A DNA stretch of 32,000 bases from Microcystis aeruginosa NIES-2549 (GTDB taxonomy: Bacteria; Cyanobacteriota; Cyanobacteriia; Cyanobacteriales; Microcystaceae), in the NCBI RefSeq assembly GCF_000981785.2, contig NZ_CP011304.1, positions 3,060,001-3,092,000 of the forward strand, read 5' to 3'. This document shows, in pieces, positions 19,272 through 28,929 of this stretch (position 1 is the first letter of the stretch; each line of letters starts with the position of its first letter). The position numbers were made by a program, and so were the translations under genes. Below the pieces are notes generated by a model that was not told where the DNA came from, searched no databases, and saw only the letters and a list, made by a program, of their open reading frames with translations.

Positions 19272-20777
19272 ATGAGCTTTGGTGAAGAATTTGAATTACT
19301 GCTGCGGGCCCGCTATCCTCTCATCTATGTTACCACCCTAGAAGAAGAACGTCTCGAAAAAGCGATCGCCGATATTGCCAAACAGAGCCATAACCGTGCT
19401 GTCTATGTCTGGGATTTCGTGGATGGTTATCAAGATAATCCCAATAATGAGAACTTTGCTCGGCGTAATCCCCTGCAAGCTCTTGAATTCGTCGAAAAGC
19501 TGCCGACTAACATCGCCGCCATCATAATTTTACGCGATTTCCAGCGCTTTTTAGAAGATATTTCCATCGCCAGAAAATTGCGAAATCTGGCCCGTTCCCT
19601 GAAATCTCAGCCCAAAAACCTAATTATCGTTGCTCCCGAACTGTCTATCCCCTCGGATCTAACCGAAGTAATCACCGTCGTCGATTTTCCCCTACCCAGT
19701 GGCGAAGAAATTAAACGGGAAATCCAGCGATTAATCGCCGCCACCGGACAACCGGTAAAAGAACCACTCCTCGATGAATTAGTGCTTTCTGCCCAAGGAC
19801 TATCCCTAGAGAGAATTCGTCGGGTTTTAGCCAAATGTTTAGCCAGTCACGGCAAAATTGAGCCAGAGGACGTGGAATTAATTTTGGCAGAAAAACGCCA
19901 ATCGATTCGTCAAACCCAGATATTGGACTTTTATCCCGCCACAGAGCAGATTTCTGACATCGGGGGACTAGATAATCTCAAAGATTGGCTGATTCGTCGC
20001 GGTGGTGCCTTTAGTGAACGCGCCCGCGCCTACGGTTTACCAAATCCCCGGGGTTTACTATTGGTGGGAATTCAAGGGACGGGTAAATCCCTGACAGCGA
20101 AAGCTATTTCCCATCATTGGCACTTACCCCTACTACGTCTGGACGTGGGGCGTTTATTTGGCGGATTGGTGGGAGAATCGGAATCGCGTACCCGTCAGAT
20201 GATTAATCTCGCCGAAGCTTTAGCTCCCTGTGTGCTGTGGATAGACGAAATCGATAAAGCTTTCGCCGGAGTGGATGGGAAAGGCGATGGGGGAACCACC
20301 GGGCGAGTTTTCGGGACTTTTATCACTTGGTTAGCCGAGAAACAATCGCCGGTTTTTGTCGTCGCTACAGCTAATAACATCCAATCTCTGCCCCCGGAAA
20401 TGCTGCGAAAAGGACGCTTCGATGAGATATTTTTTGTCGGACTACCTAGCCAAAAGTCCCGCGAGGAGATTTTTAGCGTTCATTTAGGGAAAGTTCGGCC
20501 CCATAACCTGAAAAGTTATGATATAAAGCGATTAGCCTACGAAACTCCCGATTTTTCGGGGGCAGAAATCGAACAAACCATCGTGGAAGCGATGCACATC
20601 GGGTTTAGTCAAAATCGCGACTTTAGCACCGATGATGTGCTTGAGGCCGCTAGTCAGATTATCCCCCTGGCCCGCACTGCCCAAGAACAGATTCAATTTC
20701 TACAGGATTGGGCTAAGTCAGGTAAAGCTCGTCTAGCCTCTCGCGATGATCGTTTTAATCTCAATTCTAGCAGTTAA
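19272..20777 (+). CDS. ycf46: AAA+ ATPase, Ycf46-like
   Basis: I start it at [32 protein letters not shown], the typical Ycf46 N-terminus. Motifs: Walker A GIQGTGKS, Walker [10 protein letters not shown], and [11 protein letters not shown]. The track start at 19065 adds 69 unlikely codons. Confidence 0.85.
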   Translation: MSFGEEFELLLRARYPLIYVTTLEEERLEKAIADIAKQSHNRAVYVWDFVDGYQDNPNNENFARRNPLQALEFVEKLPTNIAAIIILRDFQRFLEDISIARKLRNLARSLKSQPKNLIIVAPELSIPSDLTEVITVVDFPLPSGEEIKREIQRLIAATGQPVKEPLLDELVLSAQGLSLERIRRVLAKCLASHGKIEPEDVELILAEKRQSIRQTQILDFYPATEQISDIGGLDNLKDWLIRRGGAFSERARAYGLPNPRGLLLVGIQGTGKSLTAKAISHHWHLPLLRLDVGRLFGGLVGESESRTRQMINLAEALAPCVLWIDEIDKAFAGVDGKGDGGTTGRVFGTFITWLAEKQSPVFVVATANNIQSLPPEMLRKGRFDEIFFVGLPSQKSREEIFSVHLGKVRPHNLKSYDIKRLAYETPDFSGAEIEQTIVEAMHIGFSQNRDFSTDDVLEAASQIIPLARTAQEQIQFLQDWAKSGKARLASRDDRFNLNSSS

Positions 20778-20789
20778 TTTAGCACCAAT

Positions 20790-21299
20790 ATGAAGCGTTT
20801 ATCTGGTTTATTGCAATTTATGGTCGGTTTTGTCATGGGAGTGGCGATTCTGGTCGGTGGGGCTACTGCTGTCGCCTATATGCTTCTCTCTGGTATGAAT
20901 TCTAATCCTCCTAAACCCGTCTTTACCGAGGAGAAAAAAGAGGAAACTAAGGAGGAAAAAGCTGCTAAACCCATCCCTACTACTCCCCTCCAAGAACAAC
21001 CCCAAGCTGAGGTGAAAGAGTCTCCCAATGCCCCAGCAGCAAAAGCTTCCCCGAAACCCAGTCCCGAAGAAACAAAAAGAGAAACCACATCCGAGGGTTA
21101 TCAAGCGCGGGTGACATGGCAAAGCGGTTTAAGTCTGCGCTCTGAACCTACCAGTGAATCGACTCGTCTCGGCGGTCTGGATTACAATACTAAAGTCAGT
21201 GTGGTGGGAACCAGCAGCGATGGGCAATGGCAGCGCGTACGTCTGTCCGATGGTCGCGAAGGTTGGATTAAAGCGGGTAATATTTCTAGAGTCGAGTAA
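20790..21299 (+). CDS. Membrane-anchored SH3b-domain protein with a Pro/Glu/Lys-rich linker
   Basis: There is an N-terminal TM helix (GFVMGVAILVGGATAVAYMLL) and a low-complexity linker. The C-terminal GLSLRSEPTSES...GQWQRVRL.DGREGWI is typical of bacterial SH3. Confidence 0.8.
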   Translation: MKRLSGLLQFMVGFVMGVAILVGGATAVAYMLLSGMNSNPPKPVFTEEKKEETKEEKAAKPIPTTPLQEQPQAEVKESPNAPAAKASPKPSPEETKRETTSEGYQARVTWQSGLSLRSEPTSESTRLGGLDYNTKVSVVGTSSDGQWQRVRLSDGREGWIKAGNISRVE

Positions 21300-21352
21300 A
21301 TATTTAGAAGGGTTAGGTTTTAGGTTTTCTCAATCTAACCCTTTCCCTAATC

Positions 21353-21465
21353 AGTAGTTGGACAAAATTAAATTGACACTCTGGAAGGAGAGAACCCCAG
21401 AACTGCTCAACTCCAGAAGTAAAAAATATCTGTGATTAATTCTGTCTAGGTACTTAATCACTACT
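21353..21465. mobile_element. Possible degenerate MITE (113 bp), related at one end to the element at 30128-30242
   Basis: The left end AGTAGTTGGACAAAATTAAATTGA nearly equals AGTAGTTGGACAAAAGTAAAGTTA at 30128. The right end ..ATCACTACT is only weakly complementary. It abuts the stop codon of the PsiE-like gene. Confidence 0.35.
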
Positions 21466-21939
21466 TCAAGAACGATTATCGCGATTAACTTTTCTGATTA
21501 ACCAATAACTTGCCGCTAAAGCTAAGGTTCCCACGGTGAGGGCAATTAAATCATCTTTACTGTATTTATTGGGATCAAAAATAATAATTTTTCGAGAGAT
21601 AGCAATTAAAGCCGTAACTACTACTAATTCAACCTGTACGATGTGTTTTCTTAAGTAAGCAGTGACGTTTTCTAATAACTCTAAGGCGATCAAAATATTG
21701 AGAAATAATCCGAAGATTTCAATTAAAGTTTTACTAAAAAAACCGACGGGTTCCGTAGTAAATAGGTCTTTGATTAGGATAACTACTAGGTCATAAAGAG
21801 AAACAATAATAACAACAATTAAGGCTACGGATAAAACCTTAGAAACTATGTTTTCAATGAGATGAATCGACCTCATGAAATCTTCATCGCGCCATTGTTG
21901 ACCGAAATTGATAAGTAGTTTCCGTATCTGTTTGAGCAT
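21466..21939 (-). CDS. PsiE-like (phosphate-starvation-inducible E family) membrane protein
   Basis: 157 aa with four hydrophobic helices. The motif ..FGLFLNILIALELLENV..Y and VVTALIAISRKIII resemble PsiE. Confidence 0.6.
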   Translation of the reverse strand: MLKQIRKLLINFGQQWRDEDFMRSIHLIENIVSKVLSVALIVVIIVSLYDLVVILIKDLFTTEPVGFFSKTLIEIFGLFLNILIALELLENVTAYLRKHIVQVELVVVTALIAISRKIIIFDPNKYSKDDLIALTVGTLALAASYWLIRKVNRDNRS

Positions 21940-22017
21940 GATCGATTAAGTAAAAAGTAAAAATTATTATTGTATTTTATTGCTAATTGTTCTATTTAGC
22001 TAACAAGTAAGTATATC

Positions 22018-22073
22018 CCCCCTTGATCCCCCCTTGATAAAGGGGGTGCTGATCCCCTCTTATTAAGGGGGGT
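22018..22073. repeat. C-run/G-run palindromic repeat element (CCCCCCTTGAT x2, then CCCCC..GGGGG and CCCC..GGGGGG hairpins)
   Basis: Read directly. It shares TTGATCCCCCC with the reverse complement of the 30-bp repeat at 11076-11135. Confidence 0.8.
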
Positions 22074-22135
22074 ATCTGACAATTTTTAAAATCTACCTAC
22101 TTAGAAATGATTTTACTTGAAGAAGGCTTCTCTAG

Positions 22136-22177
22136 AAAAAAAATCTAGGTGCGATCGCTATTAAGTCAACCGCACCC
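22136..22177 (-). terminator. Rho-independent terminator after nrtD
   Basis: On the minus strand, GGGTGCG..(loop containing GCGATCGC)..CGCACCT is followed by a run of eight T. Confidence 0.65.
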
Positions 22178-22200
22178 AAAACTAATACAAATGCTCACAT

Positions 22201-23040
22201 CTAGCTAACATCATCGTGAGCGAAACGATTATAGAGGAAGTCGAGGGCATAGTTACGCAGACGATAATATTCCGGATCCTCCATAATTCTCTCTCGATCG
22301 CGGGGACGGGGGAAATGAATATTCATCACTTCGCCGATTTTCGCTTCCGGTCCATTGGTCATCATTACCAGCTTATCAGCGAGGAAAAGGGCCTCATCGA
22401 TATCGTGGGTAATCATCAACACCGTACAGCGTTTATCTTGCCAGATTTTCAGCAATTCTTCCTGTAATTCCTCTTTAGTAATCGCATCCAAGGCACCGAA
22501 AGGTTCATCAAGAATCAACACTTCCGGACGGATAGAAAGAGCGCGAGCGATCGAAACCCGTTGTTTCATCCCCCCGGAGATTTGGGGAGGGGTTTTGTCC
22601 ATAGCTTCGGTTAAACCCACCATAGCTAAATGTTCGCGCACGATCGAGCGTTTTTGTGCCTCTGGAGCATTGGGAGACACCGCATCTACCGCGAGATAGA
22701 CATTTTCAAAAACACTTAACCAAGGCAATAAAGCATAGTTTTGAAACACTACCATGCGATCGGGCCCGGGTTTAGTAATTTTCTTGCCGTTAACTTTAAC
22801 AATGCCATCGGTGGGAGAAGAAAAACCCGACACCATATTTAATAGGGTGGATTTACCGCAACCGGAGTGACCGATCACACAGATAAATTCACCTTCATTG
22901 ATACTGAGATTAACATCCTTGAGGACGGTGTAGGGGCCTCTAGGAGTGGGATAAACCTTAGAAACTCCTTCAATGGTAACAAAAGCTTCTTTAGTGGGGG
23001 CCTGGGTTGCCCGGTTAACGGTGTCGGTGGTGGTATACAT
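22201..23040 (-). CDS. nrtD: Nitrate/nitrite ABC transporter ATP-binding protein NrtD
   Basis: Motifs: Walker A GHSGCGKST, signature SGGMKQRVSIARAL, Walker B LILDEPFGALD. It is last in the nrtABCD order. I chose the start at MYTTTD (23040); the alternative is 23076. Confidence 0.92.
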   Translation of the reverse strand: MYTTTDTVNRATQAPTKEAFVTIEGVSKVYPTPRGPYTVLKDVNLSINEGEFICVIGHSGCGKSTLLNMVSGFSSPTDGIVKVNGKKITKPGPDRMVVFQNYALLPWLSVFENVYLAVDAVSPNAPEAQKRSIVREHLAMVGLTEAMDKTPPQISGGMKQRVSIARALSIRPEVLILDEPFGALDAITKEELQEELLKIWQDKRCTVLMITHDIDEALFLADKLVMMTNGPEAKIGEVMNIHFPRPRDRERIMEDPEYYRLRNYALDFLYNRFAHDDVS

Positions 23041-23119
23041 GATTAGTCTTTGGGGGAAATTAGTTAATAGGGGCAATGGCCGGGGATAATTGGCTAGGAA
23101 TTATCCCCTTAGTCGATTT

Positions 23120-25138
23120 TTAGGCAATTTTGCGAGATTCACTGGCACTAGGACGAGCATCAATAGCCACTTCGGCCATGGTGACGTTTTGTTTGATCTC
23201 TAAACTATTGAGATAACCGATCGGATCCTCGGCATCAAACTCGATACCATCGAATAAAAGGATCGGTGTGCGACGATATTTAATATCCCCTAGACCCAAT
23301 TCCCGGGCCGCGGTACTAAAAACACCCACCCGACAGACGCGTTCGAGAATTTCTACCCAGTTACGGGGGAAAGGAATGTGGCCCCAGCGTGCCATTTGGG
23401 TCATCATCCAGAGGTGTTCGGTACGACTGGGACGATTTACCCCTTCTCCATAGAACAGATGGTGTGCATATTCTTTCATCGGTCGATCGAGACTGCACGC
23501 ATAGGAGTTGGGATCACCCAGTTGGATATAATCGATATTGGTACTAAGATACTGACGACTGGCGAGGATTTGACGAATTTCTTCCTGATTCCCTTCCTCG
23601 GCACAGTAGCGACAACCTTCCAGCAGTGCTTTAACTAAAGCGACATGGGTATTAGGGTATTTATTGGCCCAATCTTCCCGGACTCCCAGGGCCTTACCCG
23701 GGTGGCCCTGCCAGATTTCTAAGTCGGTGGCGACGGTGTAACCGATACCTTCCATGGCGGACCTGAGATTCCAAGGTTCACCGACACAGTAACCGTCAAT
23801 ACTACCGGTTTTCAGGTCGGCTACCATTTGGGCCGGGGGAATAGTTTCGAGGTGAACATCTTTATCGGGGTCAATTCCCGCTGCCGCTAACCAGTAACGC
23901 AGGAGCAAATTGTGCATCGAGGAGGGGTGAACAATGCCAAAAATATGGCGCTGCTCCTTCGATTCCAATAGCATCTGTCTTAAGGCGTTACCGTCAATCA
24001 CTCCCTCGTCATAGAAGCGTTTAGCGAGGGTGACACCGTTACCGTTACGAGTCATAGTCAGGGCGCTGACAATCGGCAAAGGTTGCTCCTGATAACCACC
24101 GACGGTTAACCAGGTGGGCATTCCTGAAGGCATTTGCGCCCCGTCGAGGAATCCCCCCGCGATCCCGTCCACAACGCCTCGCCAACTGGTTTCCCGGACT
24201 AAATTCACCTCATCTAGACCATGTTTAGTGAAGAATCCCTTTTCTTTGGCCACTGCTAGGGGCGCGCAAGCGGTGAGGGGAACAAAACCGATTTCTAGAT
24301 TGACTTTTTCTAAACCGTGACGGGCAATCACTTCGACTTTGCGGGCGCGTAGTTTTTTGATCCGTTTTTGTTGGTTGAGGAAATAGATAATTTCACTCCG
24401 GAGACTGTAGTAACTGGGGTGTTCCACCACTTCCATGCGTTTGCGGGGACGGGGGATATCCACTTCCAAAATACCGCCAATTTTTGAGCCGGGGCCGTTG
24501 GTGAGCATGACGATGCGATCGGATAACAGCACCGCTTCATCCACATCGTGCGTCACCATTACCGAGGTCATTTCGTATTCTTCGCACAGCTGCATTAACT
24601 GTTCCTGTAGATTACCTCTAGTCAGGGCATCTAACGCCCCAAAGGGTTCATCTAAAAGCAGGACTTTCGGACGAATGGCTAGGGCGCGAGCGATCGCTAC
24701 CCGTTGTTTCATCCCCCCCGATAATTCGTTGGGACGTTTATCCACTGCATGACGAAGATTGACCAGATCGATATATTTTTCGACTTCGGCTTTTCTTTCG
24801 TCTTCTGATAGTTGGGTGAGAACTTGATCGACGGCTAGAGTGATATTTTCTTTGACGGTTAACCAGGGTAAAAGGGAATAGTTTTGGAAGACTACCATGC
24901 GATCGGGACCTGGTTTTTTAATGCTTTGACCTTGCAAAGTCACCACCCCTTCTGTGGGCAAATCTAAACCAGCGATCATGTTTAAGAGGGTGGATTTTCC
25001 GCAACCGGAGTGACCGATGAGGGAGATAAATTCCCCTTTTTTTATCTGTAAATCGATCCCTTTCAAGGCCACATATTCACCGCCACCACTAAGGGGGAAT
25101 ACTTTATCAATGTTATCGACAGCGACAAACAAACTCAT
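23120..25138 (-). CDS. nrtC: Nitrate/nitrite ABC transporter ATP-binding protein NrtC (ATPase fused to an NrtA-like C-terminal regulatory domain)
   Basis: 672 aa. The N-terminal ABC ATPase has GHSGCGKST, SGGMKQRVAIARAL and LLLDEPFGALD. About 380 C-terminal aa resemble NrtA (GFVPLTACAPLAVAKEKGFF..., RYWLAAAGIDPDKDV). Confidence 0.95.
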   Translation of the reverse strand: MSLFVAVDNIDKVFPLSGGGEYVALKGIDLQIKKGEFISLIGHSGCGKSTLLNMIAGLDLPTEGVVTLQGQSIKKPGPDRMVVFQNYSLLPWLTVKENITLAVDQVLTQLSEDERKAEVEKYIDLVNLRHAVDKRPNELSGGMKQRVAIARALAIRPKVLLLDEPFGALDALTRGNLQEQLMQLCEEYEMTSVMVTHDVDEAVLLSDRIVMLTNGPGSKIGGILEVDIPRPRKRMEVVEHPSYYSLRSEIIYFLNQQKRIKKLRARKVEVIARHGLEKVNLEIGFVPLTACAPLAVAKEKGFFTKHGLDEVNLVRETSWRGVVDGIAGGFLDGAQMPSGMPTWLTVGGYQEQPLPIVSALTMTRNGNGVTLAKRFYDEGVIDGNALRQMLLESKEQRHIFGIVHPSSMHNLLLRYWLAAAGIDPDKDVHLETIPPAQMVADLKTGSIDGYCVGEPWNLRSAMEGIGYTVATDLEIWQGHPGKALGVREDWANKYPNTHVALVKALLEGCRYCAEEGNQEEIRQILASRQYLSTNIDYIQLGDPNSYACSLDRPMKEYAHHLFYGEGVNRPSRTEHLWMMTQMARWGHIPFPRNWVEILERVCRVGVFSTAARELGLGDIKYRRTPILLFDGIEFDAEDPIGYLNSLEIKQNVTMAEVAIDARPSASESRKIA

Positions 25139-25208
25139 AGTTTTTTCTCCTTAAATTGGCTCAAGTTTCAGTTATTTGAAAAATGGGGAAACTTTCCCCA
25201 TTAATTCC

Positions 25209-26039
25209 CTATTGACGAACGATTTGATTTTGCAACCAAGCCATAAAGCGATCGAGTAATAAACCCACACCACCGATATAAAACAGCGCAAGAATAATAT
25301 CGCTGATGTAGTTATTTTGGTAGGCATCCCAGATAAAGAAACCGATACCGACGATACCCGACATAACAATTTCCGCCGCAATAATCGCTAACCAAGCTAA
25401 ACCGATCGCAATTCTCAAACCAGTGAATATGTAGGGAAGAGCCGAGGGAATTAATATCTTGAAAAAGAATTTTTTGCTGGACAATTGCAAGACTTGTTTA
25501 ACGTTGATATAGTCTTGGGGAATTTGTTGGACACCGACGGTGGTATTAATCAAAATCGGCCAAACTGCGGTAATAAAGATAACGAATAAAGCAGCAGGTT
25601 GGTTTTGTTGTAAAGCGGCCAAAGATAGGGGAACCCAAGCAAGAGGAGGAACTGTTCTCAGGAATTGAAAAAGGGGATCGAGGGCCTTATTTAAGAAAGA
25701 ATTTAAACCGACCATAATCCCAACTCCAATACCAACCACTGCGGCTAAAGAATAACCGATTAATACCCGTTGCAGACTGGCTAAAGTTTGCCAGAATAGT
25801 CCCTTATCAATGCCCCCACGATCAAAGAAAGGATACATTAAATAAGTACGAGTCCGTTCATTGGTGATTAGGTCGGATGGGGGGGGTAATTTGATTAATC
25901 CCACCATCGAGACTAATTGCCAAACAATCAGAAAACCCAAGGTACCGATAATGGGGGGAAGAATGTCTTGGGAATGCTTTTTCCAGAATTTACTGAAGTT
26001 GAAACCACCTTTACTTGTTTTGCTGACGCTACTTGCCAT
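25209..26039 (-). CDS. nrtB: Nitrate/nitrite ABC transporter permease NrtB
   Basis: Polytopic membrane protein of the binding-protein-dependent permease type. I chose the start at MASSVSK (26039, with aaggaaaa upstream), which gives 276 aa. The track start is 26096. Confidence 0.9.
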   Translation of the reverse strand: MASSVSKTSKGGFNFSKFWKKHSQDILPPIIGTLGFLIVWQLVSMVGLIKLPPPSDLITNERTRTYLMYPFFDRGGIDKGLFWQTLASLQRVLIGYSLAAVVGIGVGIMVGLNSFLNKALDPLFQFLRTVPPLAWVPLSLAALQQNQPAALFVIFITAVWPILINTTVGVQQIPQDYINVKQVLQLSSKKFFFKILIPSALPYIFTGLRIAIGLAWLAIIAAEIVMSGIVGIGFFIWDAYQNNYISDIILALFYIGGVGLLLDRFMAWLQNQIVRQ

Positions 26040-26151
26040 TTTGCCGTTTTCCTTTGTTGAAGATAAAGTTACTTGATTGGGGAGAGAAGAAAACACTTTT
26101 GGGATTAATAGACTAGATATTTTATGCCCCTAGCCTATCGAGAAAAGCTCG

Positions 26152-27510
26152 CTATTTTTTGATCGCCAAACTATCGAGATAAGCTTGGGGATTGGCAGGA
26201 TCAAAAGTTTTGCCATCAAAGAATTTTTCGACACCCCTGGAGGTACTGGTGGGAATATCAGCTGCGGGAACCCCTAACTCTGTAGCTGCCGCTTTCCAAA
26301 GATCCTCGCGGTTAACTTTGTCGATTAAGGCTGAGGCAGTGGTTAAAGTTTCTTTCGGCAAGAAACCCCAACGAACACTTTCGGTTAAAAACCAGAGATC
26401 ATGACTCTTGTAGGGATAGGAAACGCTACCGGCGGGATCTTTCCAGTAGAAAACCCCTTTATTTTTGTCGGTGATTTCCGGTTTACCGTCACCCATTTTC
26501 TGCATTCCTTTGAGGGGACTGGCGATAATTTCTTCTTTGAGGTTGAAATAAGCCGGTTTAGCGAGAATTGCCGCCGCTTCTGCCCGATTTGCCTCTTGAT
26601 CGAGCCATTGCTGCGCTTCCATAATTCCTTTTAATAAGGCCTTGGTGGCTTTCGGGTTTTTATCCACCCAATCGGCGCGGATAGCGAGGTATTCTTCCGG
26701 GTGATAGGGCCAGATTTCTGCGGTTAAAGCTGACATAAAACCGATCTGATCGGCCACAATTCGCGCCGGCCAAGGATCACCGGTACTAAACGCATCCATG
26801 GTTCCCGTTTTCATGTTGGCCACGGTTTGGGCTGCGGGTACGGCAATTAGATTAATATCCGTATCGGGGTTAATACCACCGGCGGCTAACCAGTAACGAA
26901 TCCAGAAGTCTTGGTTAGCTTTCGGGAAAGTATAGGCAGCTTTGAAGGGAGTTCCCGTCGTTTTCATGCTGAGGATGTAATCTTTGGCGGGTTTCAGGTC
27001 TAAACCGATATTTTTGCCCTCGTGTTTAGATGCGATCGCGATTGCGTTACCCTGGGTGTTTAACTGCGCTAACACATACATGGGGACTTTAACGTTATTT
27101 TTGGTGATTAGTCCCTCAGAAATTAGGTAAGGCATGGGCATTTGCCACTGTCCTCCGTCAATTCCGCCCGCATCTGCCCCAATTTCGACGTTATCTCTAG
27201 CAGATCCCCAGTTTGCTTGTTTGGAGACTTCCACATCGGCCATCCCGTATTTAGCAAAAAAGCCTTTTTCCTTGGCAATAATTAAGGGTGCGGCCTCAAC
27301 GATAGGAATATAACCTAATTTAATTTTGGTGGTTTCGGGGGCCTCTCCGGGGGCCACCGCTACGGGAGAAGCAACCGGGGCAGCGGGCGCGGTGGTGGTG
27401 GTTCCACCCGTAGTGTCGGGGGGATTACCCAAACAACCTTTGAGGACAACAGCCCCTGCCGCTGAAACTGCCGCCGTGGTTAAAAATTTCCGTCTCGAAA
27501 AATTTGACAT
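26152..27510 (-). CDS. nrtA: Nitrate/nitrite-binding lipoprotein NrtA
   Basis: 452 aa. It has a Tat-like signal plus lipobox ([22 protein letters not shown]), then a Pro/Thr/Ala linker. [22 protein letters not shown] and [12 protein letters not shown] are typical of NrtA. Confidence 0.95.
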   Translation of the reverse strand: MSNFSRRKFLTTAAVSAAGAVVLKGCLGNPPDTTGGTTTTAPAAPVASPVAVAPGEAPETTKIKLGYIPIVEAAPLIIAKEKGFFAKYGMADVEVSKQANWGSARDNVEIGADAGGIDGGQWQMPMPYLISEGLITKNNVKVPMYVLAQLNTQGNAIAIASKHEGKNIGLDLKPAKDYILSMKTTGTPFKAAYTFPKANQDFWIRYWLAAGGINPDTDINLIAVPAAQTVANMKTGTMDAFSTGDPWPARIVADQIGFMSALTAEIWPYHPEEYLAIRADWVDKNPKATKALLKGIMEAQQWLDQEANRAEAAAILAKPAYFNLKEEIIASPLKGMQKMGDGKPEITDKNKGVFYWKDPAGSVSYPYKSHDLWFLTESVRWGFLPKETLTTASALIDKVNREDLWKAAATELGVPAADIPTSTSRGVEKFFDGKTFDPANPQAYLDSLAIKK

Positions 27511-27773
27511 AGAATCTCCTACCTGCTGCTAAAGCAAATATGTGTGCTGAATTATGGGTAAAGGAATCCCTCGCTAAACTTTCCTTCTAGCCCGTGCTAT
27601 AGAAATTTAGCTATGGAATATCGAGTCTCGATTGAACTTACTAGATAAGTCTAGCGGAATTTGGAAAAAATAATTAATCCGATCGAGAATTTTATTTACA
27701 AAAATTTAATTCGATTGATAAGAATTAATTAAGTAGGGTCTGCTGAAAAAGTTTTTCGTGGGGGCAGGGTGTG

Positions 27774-28097
27774 GGCTTCGGACGTTTAATCTTCCAATAC
27801 GCTTCTTTCAACAACAGCCGCTCTCTGCACTTCTTCTTAGGTGCTTGGCCGGTAATCGGTATCTGGTTTACCGCGATGGGTGTTAGCACCATGGCGTTTA
27901 ACCTCAACGGTTTCAACTTCAACCAGTCGATTCTCGATTCTCAAGGTCGTGTAATCGGTACTTGGGCCGATGTGCTGAACCGCGCTGGTATCGGTATGGA
28001 AGTAATGCACGAGCGCAACGCTCACAACTTCCCCTTAGACTTGGCTAGTGGCGAACAAGCTCCCGTAGCTCTGATTGCTCCCGCTATCAATGGTTAA
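27774..28097 (+). pseudogene. psbA: 5-prime-truncated psbA (photosystem II D1) fragment, last ~107 codons
   Basis: It translates to [51 protein letters not shown]...[33 protein letters not shown] stop. Upstream in frame there is a stop at 27744 and no D1 similarity. About 250 N-terminal codons are absent. Confidence 0.9.
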
Positions 28098-28116
28098 TTC
28101 CTAGTCTGAACGAAAA

Positions 28117-28143
28117 GGCACTCCTGCGAGGGGGTGCTTTTTT
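28117..28143 (+). terminator. Rho-independent terminator following the psbA fragment
   Basis: GGCACTCC tgcga GGGGGTGC followed by TTTTTT. Confidence 0.7.
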
Positions 28144-28161
28144 GTTGTTAGAATTATGATA

Positions 28162-28278
28162 TATAGCGTTTCCTAAGCTAGTGAGGTACACATATTTTTC
28201 TTCCCTTTTGACTTTTGCCTCTTGCCTTTTGCCTAAAAACCATAACTTTTGTACCTCAGCAGACTGAAAAACGCTATA
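28162..28278. mobile_element. MITE-like 117-bp element bounded by inverted repeats
   Basis: The left end is TATAGCGTTT..GTGAGGTACA. The right end is TGTACCTCAG..AAACGCTATA. The outer 10 nt are perfectly complementary, and TA dinucleotides are possible on both flanks (28162-63 and 28277-78). The interior carries TTTTGCC-type short repeats. Confidence 0.5.
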
Positions 28279-28304
28279 GCTCAATGTTAAATGGAGTTAA
28301 TCTT

Positions 28305-28535
28305 ATGATATCCCCTCAAATTATTGAACTGGAACAAAAGTTACGAGACTGTTCTCTTGAAGATAAAAAATGGTTATTGGAGCAGTTACATCAACAATTA
28401 GGATTGAATAATCAAAAAACAACTAAACAACGATTAATGGATAGTTGGAATGAAGCTTATAGTGATGGATTGGACGAATCAGAAACTTTGATGTTAGAGG
28501 GAATACGCCATCATCAACGCCAATTATCTGAGTAA
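28305..28535 (+). CDS. Putative antitoxin partner of the MazF/PemK toxin
   Basis: 76-aa ORF from ATG 28305, with ggag 8 nt upstream. Its stop is 2 nt before the toxin ATG. I recognise no antitoxin family. The track ORF starts earlier, inside the inverted-repeat element. Confidence 0.6.
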   Translation: MISPQIIELEQKLRDCSLEDKKWLLEQLHQQLGLNNQKTTKQRLMDSWNEAYSDGLDESETLMLEGIRHHQRQLSE

Positions 28536-28537
28536 AT

Positions 28538-28894
28538 ATGACGATTTTCCAAGGTGATATTTATTGGATTGATTTAGGAGAACCACAAGGTTCTGAACCT
28601 GCTTATCTTCGTCCTTGTGTTGTGGTGCAAAATGATGCTCTGAATCAGTCACAAATTGGGACGGTTATTGTGTGTCCATTAACAACCAATTTGAGACGAG
28701 CAAAAGCTATTGGTAATGTTTTATTGAATGAGGGTGAAGGGAATTTACCTGAATCCAGTGTTGTTAATGTTTCACAGGTTTTCACGGTTGATAAACGTCT
28801 TTTAACGGAGTCTATCGGAAGACTTTCTCAGGAAAAAATCAAATTAATTATTCAGGGAATTAAGTTGGTTATTGAACCTCAAGAACTCGAATAA
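28538..28894 (+). CDS. Type II toxin, PemK/MazF family endoribonuclease
   Basis: 118 aa. GDIYWIDLGEPQGSEPAYLRPCVVVQND and VIVCPLTTN are hallmark MazF/PemK motifs. Confidence 0.9.
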   Translation: MTIFQGDIYWIDLGEPQGSEPAYLRPCVVVQNDALNQSQIGTVIVCPLTTNLRRAKAIGNVLLNEGEGNLPESSVVNVSQVFTVDKRLLTESIGRLSQEKIKLIIQGIKLVIEPQELE

Positions 28895-28929
28895 TAGGGG
28901 GTTATAAAAGGATTTAAAGAATCCATTTA

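Noticed and set aside
22216-27532. Numerous plus-strand ORFs within the nrt cluster: 22216-22467, 22355-22699, 23268-23453, 23378-23638, 24114-24320, 24435-24752, 25861-26076, 26192-26404, 26401-26634 and 27326-27532. Also the minus-strand ORFs 24328-24546 and 25172-25381.
   Set aside because: All overlap the strongly supported nrtA-D frames and lack motifs. They are typical antisense or out-of-frame artefacts.
27511-27770. An NtcA binding site (GTA-N8-TAC) for the nrt operon.
   Set aside because: I scanned both strands by eye and found no match even to the relaxed GT-N10-AC form, so no regulatory feature is annotated. The absence itself is listed as a low-interest finding.
27725-28025. Minus-strand ORFs 27725-27922 and 27837-28025.
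   Set aside because: They are antisense to the unmistakable D1 reading frame, so they are shadow ORFs.
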